A stretch of DNA of 64,000 bases, from the NCBI GenBank assembly GCA_964016885.1, contig OZ024743.1, forward strand, positions 365,242,001 to 365,306,000, in the 5' to 3' direction. The DNA comes from Eledone cirrhosa. Its lineage: Eukaryota. Shown here in pieces: positions 1 to 10,964 of this stretch. The notes beneath the pieces were generated by a model. That model was not told where the DNA came from. It searched no databases and was given only the letters and a program-made list of their open reading frames with translations. The translations under genes were made by a program, and so were the position numbers. The number at the start of each line of letters is the position of its first letter. The first letter of the stretch is position 1.

Positions 1-150
1 TGGAATATTTAAATGCAAGAAGCAAAGAACATTTCAATGATACGAAAGATTTCCTGGTGGAAGTTCAGGTGTACTCCGGGTTGGTGTCCAGTTTCGGAGT
101 GAAAATCCAATTAGAAAATCCAACGAATTGTGAGAGGTCGACGTAAGCGT

Positions 151-235
<85 letters not shown>

Positions 236-319
236 AAAGGTACACAGGAATAACAACACAATCGGTACAGTATATGGAAGGGAGATATTAGGTTAACGCT
301 TGAAATAACGGGAAGAGGG

Positions 320-355
320 TCTTAACATTTCGGACGCTAGTCCTTCATCAGAAGA
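320..355 (-). ncRNA. Minimal type I hammerhead motif (copy 1)
   Basis: Minus strand TCTT-CTGATGA-a-GGAC tagc GTCC-GAAA-TGTT-AAGA: stem I TCTT/AAGA, stem II GGAC/GTCC, loopless stem III. Confidence 0.7.
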
Positions 356-663
356 AAGAATGAGAAATAAGATAGATTGAGGGGACGGGTGGGTTGGATA
401 GAAAAGATTTGAGATTGGGCATATTGAAGTTACTAGGGTGGGAGTGAAAAGTAGACGGGTGGAAAGAAGGTGGTGTAAGAAGATTGTAGTAGAGGAAAAG
501 TGGTAGAGAGTCGTGGAATATTTAAATGCAAGAAGCAAAGAACATTTCAATGATACGAAAGATTTCCTGGTGGAAGTTCAGGTGTACTCCGGGTTGGTGT
601 CCAGTTTCGGAGTGAAAATCCAATTAGAAAATCCAACGAATTGTGAGAGGTCGACGTAAGCGT

Positions 664-732
<69 letters not shown>

Positions 733-816
733 AAAGGTACACAGGAATAACAACACAATCGGTACAGTATATGGAAGGGAGATATTAGGTTAACGCTTGA
801 AATAACGGGAAGAGGG

Positions 817-852
817 TCTTAACATTTCGGACGCTAGTCCTTCATCAGAAGA
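817..852 (-). ncRNA. Minimal type I hammerhead motif (copy 2)
   Basis: Identical to 320-355. Confidence 0.7.
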
Positions 853-1381
853 AAGAATGAGAAATAAGATAGATTGAGGGGACGGGTGGGTTGGATAGAA
901 AAGATTTGAGATTGGGCATATTGAAGTTACTAGGGTGGGAGTGAAAAGTAGACGGGTGGAAAGAAGGTGGTGTAAGAAGATTGTAGTAGAGGAAAAGTGG
1001 TAGAGAGTCGTGGAATATTTAAATGCAAGAAGCAAAGAACATTTCAATGATACGAAAGATTTCCATGCTTGCCGAATGCAGAGACACATCTTCCACGGCA
1101 GCATAACAACAAAGGCAAACTATATTTACATGCAAACTTCCTGTCTGTTAAAAACGTATTGAATAATCGTTGAAAAACGACCTTTCTCTACTTTCGAAAT
1201 GTGTATAACAGGATGATGTAATGAAATAAAACAATGTTGAATATGTGATATCATCACTCATCCTATTCTTAATATATATATATACGAGCGAAACTTGCTA
1301 ATATTATTATGTCTAGCTAGTATTCCCCCAATATATGTTTTGGTAATAGATAAACTATGTTTATATATACACATATATATA

Positions 1382-1523
<142 letters not shown>

Positions 1524-1849
1524 CGTGTCTCTGTGTGTGTCACTGTCTCTGTGTAAAGAGAAACATTGGTGAAGAGAGCGGGGGAAGTGAGAAAAGAAGA
1601 CTGTTTTTATCAATTAAACAATTAAATACAGGTGTTTAAAGCAGTCTATATATACACTGAGTAAATATTTACTCTGCCTATAAAACAGTTTTCACCAAAA
1701 TTAATTTCCGGTGAACTAAGAAATTCCCTTCTTATCTAAAAGAAAACAATAAAAGAATGTGGAGTTCCATATAATAATAATTGTTTTCTACTTTAGCACA
1801 AGGCCAGCAATTATCTCAGTGCATTACTGGTACTTTATTTTAGGAACCC

Positions 1850-3970
1850 TATATATCTGAAACCACCCAATTCGCCAAGGGTCCCTTCTTTCCAAACCCT
1901 CCAGCCTGCAGGTACATGCTTAGAATAGGTTCATTCACTCGGGTCATCTTCGCTCAGTTAAGCCACCTTTTAACAAATGTACTGGGGAGTAGCACTTCCC
2001 TCTCCACCCCCACTTCCTTTTCCAAGTGGATCTTGAAAAAGTTGATGAGTACTTGGCCGAAGATGAAGTGTTTGTTTTCAGTCCTTTCAGTGGCGTCAAC
2101 CACACAACCTCTTCCGCTACACCCACCAGACAGCGAAACTGCGTTCCCTTCCCGGCCCAAACAAAGCGATGGGATAATCTTCATGATGTAGTAGGCCGAT
2201 AAACGGATCTGTCCTACACGCGATAATAGTTGTTCGACAAACTCCCCAAGTCAGCAATTCCCCGACTCTGGGCGAATGTGTAGAACGGTTTCATAGTTCA
2301 ACGCGCGTCTCGGGCAGCTCCGTCTGATCGCACTTCAATGCCTGTAGAGTTTATCTCGAAATGGCAATTCTACCGAGGAACACAGCCGAATCAGGGATTT
2401 CTCCGGCTGCCGAGCTGCAAATCCGTCGATTTATCCGGGTTGAATTTTGCTCCCATCAACTTTTCATATTCTTCTAAGAAATTACCGACAACCTGAATTT
2501 CCGAAGTGTTCAATACCGTTCGCATATGCCAACAGAGCCCTCCCACTCCCTGTTCGAGCGGGATACCCTGTAACAGCTCTAGATTCCCCAGTAGAGGCTC
2601 TTGAGTCAACACATAGAGAGTGGGGGGGGGGGATGGCGACAGGGCTTCCTTGATGGACCGATCACGTCATTTGAAACTGTTCCGATAGGTGGCCATTTAC
2701 TCTAACCACCAAGTAGATGTCACTGTGCATTGTAGCGATCTAGCTTCTGAATACAAGATCAAAACCGGCTGATTTGTGATCAGCCTCCAGGTACCGATGG
2801 TCGACTCTATCAAAAGCTTTCGATTGATCTAAACTGATCAGAGCCCCACCAAAGACAGTTCTATTTCCTACCATCTCTATTATGTTGTATTGCATGAGGT
2901 GGAGGTTGTCTTGTATGGTACTACGTCTCCCCAACCAGATTCTTGACGACGAACGCCAACCTCGTTGCGAGCACATTGGCCAAAATGGAAAACCCTGTGT
3001 TGAGTGGAGTTTCACCTCCAGGAGGTTGCTGCGTCCTTCTGGGATAGCGCAGGATAGTATCTACCAGATATTAACCTTCGGTAGGATCCCTGAGATCTTG
3101 ACACAGTTTGGGTGGTGGTGTTGTTGGTGTTGTTGTGGGTGTATCTGTATTTGTTTTGTGTGTGGTGTCTGTTGTTTGTGTTTTTATTTTTTGATTCTTT
3201 GTTGGCTGGTTGATCAAAGAAGAAAATGTTTACTTACCCTCCGGGTGCTTTGCTACAAGACGGCGGGGTCTCTGTGTCATTTTCGGAAGTTTATGCGTTT
3301 GTGTCTATGTGTGTATTTCTTTGGGGAGAGAGAGAGAGTGGGAGTGTTCTCCTCATTTTCTGTCTTAGTTGCTGTTGGTGGTGTTTTAGCTGCTGTTGCT
3401 GTTGTTGGTGGTATTTTGCTTCAACTGTTGGTGCCGCGGTTGTTTGTCCCGACACTGGTTTGACAGCAGTTTTGGGGGGTTGCTGCCTCCTGCATTTTTG
3501 AGCTGAGTGCAGAAGGCTCGCAGATGTGTTGCTTCGTCGCAGACGAAGTGCGTGACATCCTGCTTTCAGCGACCGCTTGTATCGCGGACTCATCCTAAAG
3601 GCGAACATGGTCCGGCATGATCTTGAACTCGTCCAGTTTGATTTGGAGAAGAATCTCCAAATCCATCTCGGACTATTCTTCTTTTGACGTTTTTCTTGCG
3701 TCTGAGGGTATCATCAGTACCCACCTCGATCATGCATCTCAAGAGCCACTATCAGTTCAATCTTGGCGGGATTCTGGGAATGCGGACCTTCACTATTCTT
3801 CTACTCATGTGGGAGGGGTACATGATAATGCGGTCCGTTCTACAGGGGACACTGAGTGTTTTATGGCGAGAGTCTCAGTTTCGAACAGTACCAAGATGGT
3901 GCTGAACTCTCTGACCCATGCTATGTGCTCTACGCCTTCTCTGATGCATTTCAGTGCAGCCTCCACTTGA
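1850..3970 (-). mobile_element. Degenerate, internally deleted Tx1/L1-type LINE
   Basis: ORF fragments DNLHLMQYNI..ALISLDQSKAFDRVDHRYL, EPLLGNLELLQGIPLE and INFFKIHL..EREVL match the LINE at 42396-47878. An ORF1-like region lies at ~3100-3970. Confidence 0.85.
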
Positions 3971-4273
3971 GATTATTATGAATGGTAAGAGCATTTTCTA
4001 TTTTTAACCAAGTGAATTCAATTGAATCCTGGCCTCTTGAAAACCACTTCCACCTTAACCACCACACCTTTGTAAAGAACACATATATATATAGGAAAAG
4101 TTTGACAGAAAATTAATTTATTTTCAAACTGCTCACAGAATATATGAACAAAATATTTGATATTTAATATGATTGTTATACCAATTGAAACGGGTTATAA
4201 TTAATGCTACAATTATAAAATTATTCACTTTTTAACAATAACCTTTGTTTAGTATGGAACTTTACCCCTTTTC

Positions 4274-4335
<62 letters not shown>

Positions 4336-4390
4336 CATCTGTATATATATATAAATTACACAATTATCAAAGTTATGTTCAAATCATTTA

Positions 4391-4440
4391 ATTGCTGACA
4401 ATCGTTTCTTCCAAGCGTTCGTTTGGAATCATCGGAGCAT
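4391..4440 (-). ncRNA. Hammerhead motif, CCGAUGA core, GUC site
   Basis: TGCT-CCGATGA-TTCCAAAC gaac GCTTGGAA-GAAAC gatt GTC-AGCA. Confidence 0.7.
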
Positions 4441-4599
4441 TAGCAATGTTTGTACATATAATTAACCTCCTATTCAACTGAACAATCATATAGATACATA
4501 TATATTGGTGTTGTGAACAATAGTTTCGTATTTACAGGGTGGAATGGATGCGACATATATTATACGAGAATTGTACAATAATTCAAATTAAAATTAAGT

Positions 4600-6787
4600 T
4601 AAGAACATAGGCTACAAAAAACATCGTAATAGAAACAACACCTTCTTAAACAACCTTAACTCCACTATTAAAGGATTTAATAAAAAAAAATTCTAGTACA
4701 TGCAGATAAAACTAATAATATATATAGCTTAGATTACGATACATATAGAAAATTTATATATAAAGAACTACATAGGAGCTATAAGAAAACTACTATTAAA
4801 ACCTAGAAGATATAAATATAAAAGGCCGTAGTATAGTGTGTAAATTAGGACTTCAGAGACATACACAGCCATACACCCCTAACCCCCCAAGATTCTCTCT
4901 GAAGGACTATAAAGAAGACTTCATTAGTAAACCTTCGATAAGACTAATTTACCCTTCCAAATCTGACATTGGTATTTTCAGCAAGAAAATATTAGATATA
5001 ATCATCCCACAGATTAAGCACAAAATATATCTTAACTAGTGGGGCAATACAGGTGGAGTTATTGAATGGTTCAAGGATATTAAAGAGAATAAAAATATAA
5101 AATGTATACAATTTGATATCAATTCATACTACACCTCTATTTCCCCTATCCTATTAAATAAGGCATTAACAATAGTGACCTGACTAGATCAATAGTGACC
5201 TGACTAGATCTCAAATTGATATCATCCTTGCGGGCCGAAAAACCATAATTACATTTGAAGATCAATTATGGACCCGCAAGGATATACATAACAACTTTGA
5301 CAACTATGGGATCTAGTGACTCGGCGCAGATCACTGATTTGGTGGGCCTATATCTACTAAATGAAATTCATGAGAACCTACCCTGCCTCAATGGTGGTTT
5401 ATACCGCGATGATGCACTACTCCTTATAGACTATAAAACATTTTATATAAAAAGAACTAGGAAACAATTACATAAAATTTTCAAAAACTTCAACTTAAGC
5501 ATCACCTTAGATAAAAACACTAAAACCGTTAACTTCCTTGATGCTACCCTTTGCCTTGACTCTAAAATATATACACCCTTTCATAAACCAAACGAAAAAC
5601 TAATTTATGAGGATACCAACTCTAACCACCCTAAATCCATATTAAATTCAATTACAAAGGAATATCTAATAGAATCTCTAATCTATCATTTAACGAAACC
5701 ATATTTAACAATAATCCCTAATACTATAATGAGGCCTTAGCTAAATCAGGCCATAAAAATGAGATTGAAATTCTACCTATAAAATCACATAGTTACAACA
5801 TTATTTCTCACAATATGGCCATGAGGAAAATAATAAAAGTACTTGCCACACTAACTCTAATACGAAGGGTAATATCAAACTTAACTCGCACCAAAATAAA
5901 CACCACAATAATAATATAAACAGAAATACAAATACCCCCCAAAACATTACAAAAAACAAAAATAGAAGAAGAACTAATACATTCTTCAATCCCCCTTTCA
6001 ATCTAAACGTCTCTACCAACTTGCCTAAGGCTTTCTTCTCAATCCTAGAAAAAGACTTCCCAACCGGCCACAAATAACATAATCTTATCAATACCATTAA
6101 AATCTCTCTTACTCTACCACACCTAACATCGCATACCATATAGCTAGTAGTAATAAAAGGAAGATTAATAATTATTTCCAACTAATTAAAACACAACAGG
6201 GGGTAAACTTACAGAACAACATAGTACCTGTAAATCCTAGTAGCAATAATAATAATGGTAATAACACTAATGAAATCAATAACAATAGGAACGACAACCA
6301 TTAATACCCTAATGCTATCCTTAGCAACCAGACTTCTACATAACATAATAACCGGCAAGCAAACAACCAGAATAACTGTAACTGTAGAATAATGGAACTT
6401 GCCCCTTAGGTAAACATTGCTTAATCAAAGACATCATTTACTCATGCACGGTCAACACAAACAACTCTTCTAAAACATATATTGGCTCAACTTCGAACTG
6501 CTTCAAGATGAGATACAACTCGCACCTCCACTCTTTCAAAAATCACAATCGAGCCAACTCCACTTCTTTATCTAGCTACACTCTCTGAAAACTAGGAATA
6601 GACCATATACACTTCAATGGGAAGTAGTAGGTAGGGCCGCATCGTATAAAGTGTGTAAACTCTGTTTTCTAGAGACCCGTACTATAATCTTTTCGAAACT
6701 AGACCTCCTAAATAGAAAATCAGAGGTATTTTCCTCATGCCAGCACCACTACCGACACTCGTTCCATAACTTTAAACCTAGCTGCTA
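4600..6787 (+). pseudogene. Frameshifted PLE RT plus GIY-YIG endonuclease ORF
   Basis: ORFs 4836-5039 and 5255-5740 plus manually translated EN motifs; multiple stops and frameshifts. Confidence 0.85.
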
Positions 6788-8087
6788 GTATATAACAATG
6801 TCAGATTTGAATTCCTCACCACCATTAACACTTCACCTCTAGGACTTATTAGCCCCCACAGCAACACAATCTTTGATCAGCTCTTTCCTCTACATAACTC
6901 CTATTTATCTCAAACCTTATACTCTATAATAACTATTAGAAATAAACATAAAGTTACCATCTTTTAATATAACTACTATAGCTTACTTATATTATATACA
7001 GTAATGGATATATAATATGTAGAGACATTTAATGTAATATGTGATAATAAATTATATATACATTTATAATTAAATATATAAATTAATAGCATTGTATATA
7101 AGGGATTAACTTTTAACATAATATAATGTATATTAATAACACAAGAGATTTAACTAATTGGACCTGTAAACAGCTATACATTTTTCCATAACTTATATCT
7201 TGTCTAGTAATGGATAGATAACAATGTAATGAGACCTTTAATGTATTATATGAAAATAGACTGTATTTAAAATTAAATATAAATAAATAACATTATATAG
7301 AAGGGATTCACGTATAACAAAATATAATGTATATTAGAGCAAAGAATTTAAATAATTGATACTTTCCTATATAATTTAATTTAATTTAATTAGCTAGTTA
7401 CGTCCCGTTACGCATTAGCTCCTCTTAATTTTGGATCTCATACTCACTTCCGGAAATTAAACCGTTAGAAAAAATCGGTGTAGAACGACTCTAATCCATG
7501 GATAAGAATACAATAAGACCAATTTACAATCCATTGCTATAACTAACTAAAAACATTCAATATAAACATTAACTAAAATATAATTTAACATATGTAATGG
7601 AAAAGATAACAATAACTTTGATACTCTCAACACATACACATTTAAACCCTACAGAAACTACCATCACATTACATCCACCATAATTTTAATATAATAGCAC
7701 CTTTGCTTGATATGCTTGTATACCTCTGTTATTTTATGTGATTCCTTTACCATACAGTATTTATTAATACCTAATACCTTTGCTTTTTTCCTTCATATAT
7801 ATGACTAACGCATGTGCACTCTCTACACGCTTGCATATGTACTGCTAGTGTCCTCATTCTTCCTCAAGGCCTCTTTAATTATTAGACTATTCCCTTGTAT
7901 TATCTGTCGCATGTATTCCACTCTCTGCTTTTACTTTTAATTTGAATTATTGTACAATTCTCGTATAATATATGTCGCATCCATTCCAGCCTGTAAATAC
8001 GAAACTGTTGTTCACAACATCAATATATATGTATCTATATGATTGTTCAGTTGAATAGGAGGTTAATTATATGTACAAACATTGCTA

Positions 8088-8137
8088 ATGCTCCGATGAT
8101 TCCAAACGAAAGTTTGGAAGAAACGATTATCAGCAAT
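8088..8137 (+). ncRNA. Hammerhead motif, CCGAUGA core, in 3' pLTR
   Basis: TGCT-CCGATGA-TTCCAAAC gaaa GTTTGGAA-GAAAC gatt ATC-AGCA; perfect 8-bp stem II. Confidence 0.65.
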
Positions 8138-8572
8138 AAAATGATTTGAACATGACTTTGATAATTGTGTAATTTATATTCCTGATCTGTAGAACACCTG
8201 ATGTTCTTACATTGAGCTATTTCTCTTACTGGTAATAAGGTAGTAATAAATTACTGACCTTTCCTGTTTATAGTTGTTTATAGTATATACATAACTATAA
8301 ATAGTATCATTATATATATATATATAAATGAAAAAGGAGGTCAACAAGGGGAAAAAAGCAATACAGTAAAATGTTCATATATATTAATTTAACGCTAGAT
8401 ATAGTAGGAAATGTATCTTAACTTTTCGTTCGTTAGTCCTTCATTGGAAGATGGAATGAGAGATAGAAGAAGAAGTAGAACATTAGACGAGATTATAAGA
8501 TATATAGAAAAAGAAATGGAGTGAGGGTGTGACATAGTGTGGGAGAAAGTGGCTTCAGCCTATTATAAGATA

Positions 8573-9108
8573 GTAGCAGAAAAAACCCACCCTTCGGGAG
8601 GTTTTCTGCTAGCATGTGTAGTGTGTATATTGATATTATACGCAGGTATATATACATGTAGATATGATACATCAAATAAAATCGTAATTGACAATATCAA
8701 CAGAAATAGAACGAAGACTGCATTACACTGTCTTATGTAATCAGTAACGTATTCCATGATACATTAAAAAAAGACGATATTATATATAAACTGCATTAGG
8801 AGAAAATTAGTATGTTTATTTAAGTGATCGCCACCGGAAGTGTTGACATCAAACACTCTCTCTTTCTATATTTATGGTAGTTGAAGTGGTGGTGGTGGTG
8901 GCAACGATATACCGGAAGTGCAACTTTGAAAAGAAGTCAATTATAAATTATTTATTTTTACGAAATTATTTTTGATTACGAAATTTAGTAGATAAATTAT
9001 GTAATATTCATTCATTATTTATTCAAAGTAATCCAACTTATTTTACTAACGGGATAAAAAAAATAAACCGTACGCAGTCCCGCAGACCTTCCTTTATTAT
9101 AGTTTAGA
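8573..9108 (-). mobile_element. Non-autonomous Helitron
   Basis: Minus strand starts A|TCTAAACTATAATAAAG and ends with a hairpin followed by CTAC (CTAG in the sibling) then T. Homologous to 63192-63650. Confidence 0.7.
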
Positions 9109-9268
9109 TTGCAATAAAATGGTTTACACAGTAATTTACATGTGAAATTAAATTCTCTAAATGTGTTTTCTGATTTAATAAAACACCTCTGGTAATTGCA
9201 GGAATCTGTTCAGAAAATGACAAATCAATGGAAATAAAGATTGCATTATCAACTTCTGGTGGTGATTT

Positions 9269-9643
9269 TAGTAGTAGTCGTAGAAGTAGTAGTAATAGTC
9301 GTAGCAGTAGTAGCAGTAGTAGAAGTAGTAGCAGTAGCAGCAGCAGCAGTAGTAGTAGTAGTAGTAGTAGTAGAAGTAGCAGTAGTAGTAATAGTAGTAG
9401 TAGTAGTAGTAGCAGTAGTATTAGTAGTAGTAGTAGTAGTAGTAGTGGCAGCAACAACAGTAGTAGTAGTAGTAGTAGTAGTAGTAGCAGTAGCAGCAGC
9501 TGTAGTAGTAGTAGTAGCAGTAGTAGTAGTAGTAGTAGCAGCAGTAGTAGCAGCAGTAGTAGTAGTAGTAGCAGCAGTAGGAGTAATAATAGTAGCAGTA
9601 GTAGGAGCAGTAGTAGTAGTAGTAGCAGTAGTAGTAATAATAA
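9269..9643. repeat. (TAG/CAG)n microsatellite
   Basis: Read directly; explains the poly-S/V/L/T ORFs. Confidence 0.95.
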
Positions 9644-10810
9644 TTTCATCTATTGGCCACAAGGGCCGACATATAGAGGACAATACAAAAGACTGGGACA
9701 GTGGGGGTTTACATATACAACGTGTAAACAATATAAATAACAATAACAAAGTAACAAGAAAAAGTACAACAAGAAAAATTCCCCAATAGGAGGGATAACC
9801 ACCAAGGGTTCGTTCAGGTACCCCACCAATCCTAAACGACCCGACGCTTCAAGAGCACCATGGAAGGGCACCCCTCTCCTCTTCAAATTTACCCACCTAC
9901 AGGCGCATGACCAGTGAAGGCCCACTCACACGGGGCATTCTTGCCACATTCACCCACCTTTCAGCAAATGTACTGGGGGGAAGCACCTCTCTCTCCACAC
10001 TCAACTTCCTTTCCAAGTCAAACTTGAAAAAGTTGATGAGGGATTGGCCGAAGAGAAAAGTGTCTGTCTTCAGTCCTTTCAACCTGGTCCACCATACAAC
10101 CTCTTTCGCTACTGCCACCAGGCAGAGGAAAATTTCCTGCCCTTCCTGGTCAAAAGAAGGCGGCGGATCGATCTTCACTATGGACTCGGCCGATACCCGG
10201 ATCCGTTCTACACGCGACAACAGCTGTTCGACATAACTCCACAAGTCAGTAATGCACGGACACTGGACGAGTGCGTGCAGAACGGTTTCGTCGCTCTGCG
10301 CGCATCTTGGGCAGGTCCGTCTGACAGCACTTCCGTGCCTGTAGAGTTTATCTCGATTGGCAGTGCCCCCCGGTAGCACTGCCAAGCGAGGGATTTTTGG
10401 AAATTATCCATCGTCCCCGGCTCGAAAGTCCTCCGGATCAGACTGGTTGGTTCGACTTCGTCGACTTCCAGAACCTCTACGAGTTCGTCGTCGCACTTTC
10501 CCACCACTATTCCTCTATAGAACTCGTGAGTCGAAGTTCCACTGACCGCATTGCCCGCCTGGTGGAGGGCAGTGAGTGCCTGTAAACATTTCAGATGCCA
10601 GTCACCCAGTCTCGGTCTCTTCTTGACCCAGGACTGCAGCTCAGTCAAAGAAACGAGCTGCGGAAAGCCCCATCTGACAAACGGCGACATAACATGTTCA
10701 CCGTTTAGGCGGAATATCTGGAGATACCGCAACCACAGCGCATGTCTGCGCATCGTTAGCCACGGCATGCCCAGCCCTACACGTAGAGGGTGCTGGCAGC
10801 AGATGGCGCA
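9644..10810 (-). mobile_element. 5'-truncated Tx1/L1-type LINE (ORF2 C-terminus and 3' UTR) inserted in (TAG)n
   Basis: ORFs 10208-10768 and 9897-10385 (CPRCAQSDETVLHALVQC zinc knuckle) are homologous to 40330-41163 and 47020-47478. Confidence 0.9.
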
Positions 10811-10964
10811 GTAGTAGTAGTAATAATAGTAGACGTAGTAGCAGTAGTAGTAATAGTAATAGTAGTAGCAGTAGTAGTAGTAGCAGCAGTAGTAGTAGTA
10901 GTAGTAGTAGCAGCAGCAGTAGTAGTAATAGTAGTTGTTGTTGTAGAGTGTAGTTGTTACTGTT

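Larger units (their letters stand above)
1..1064 (-). repeat. Tandem repeat, ~500-bp unit (periods 513 and 497), each unit with a (TA)n tract and a hammerhead motif; retrozyme-like or tandem PLE pLTR
   Basis: TGGAATATTTAAATGCAAGAAGC recurs at 1, 514 and 1011. Units look identical except for (TA)n length. The array runs off the left edge. Confidence 0.9.
4349..8179 (+). mobile_element. Penelope-like element, 5'-truncated, with inverted ~245-bp pLTR copies (4349-4593 and 7935-8179)
   Basis: RT motifs MGSSDSAQITDLVGLYLL, GGLYRDD and VNFLD. Cys-rich linker CNCR..CPL..C and GIY-YIG (IIY..YIGST..FKMRY..H) at ~6370-6785. The inverted termini carry HHR motifs. Confidence 0.9.

Noticed and set aside
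5171-5210. 20-bp tandem duplication in the PLE RT
   Set aside because: Ordinary post-insertion mutation.
9104-9789. Poly-L/S/V/T ORFs, and similar YI/HT/CV/ER ORFs across the window
   Set aside because: These are translations of microsatellites.
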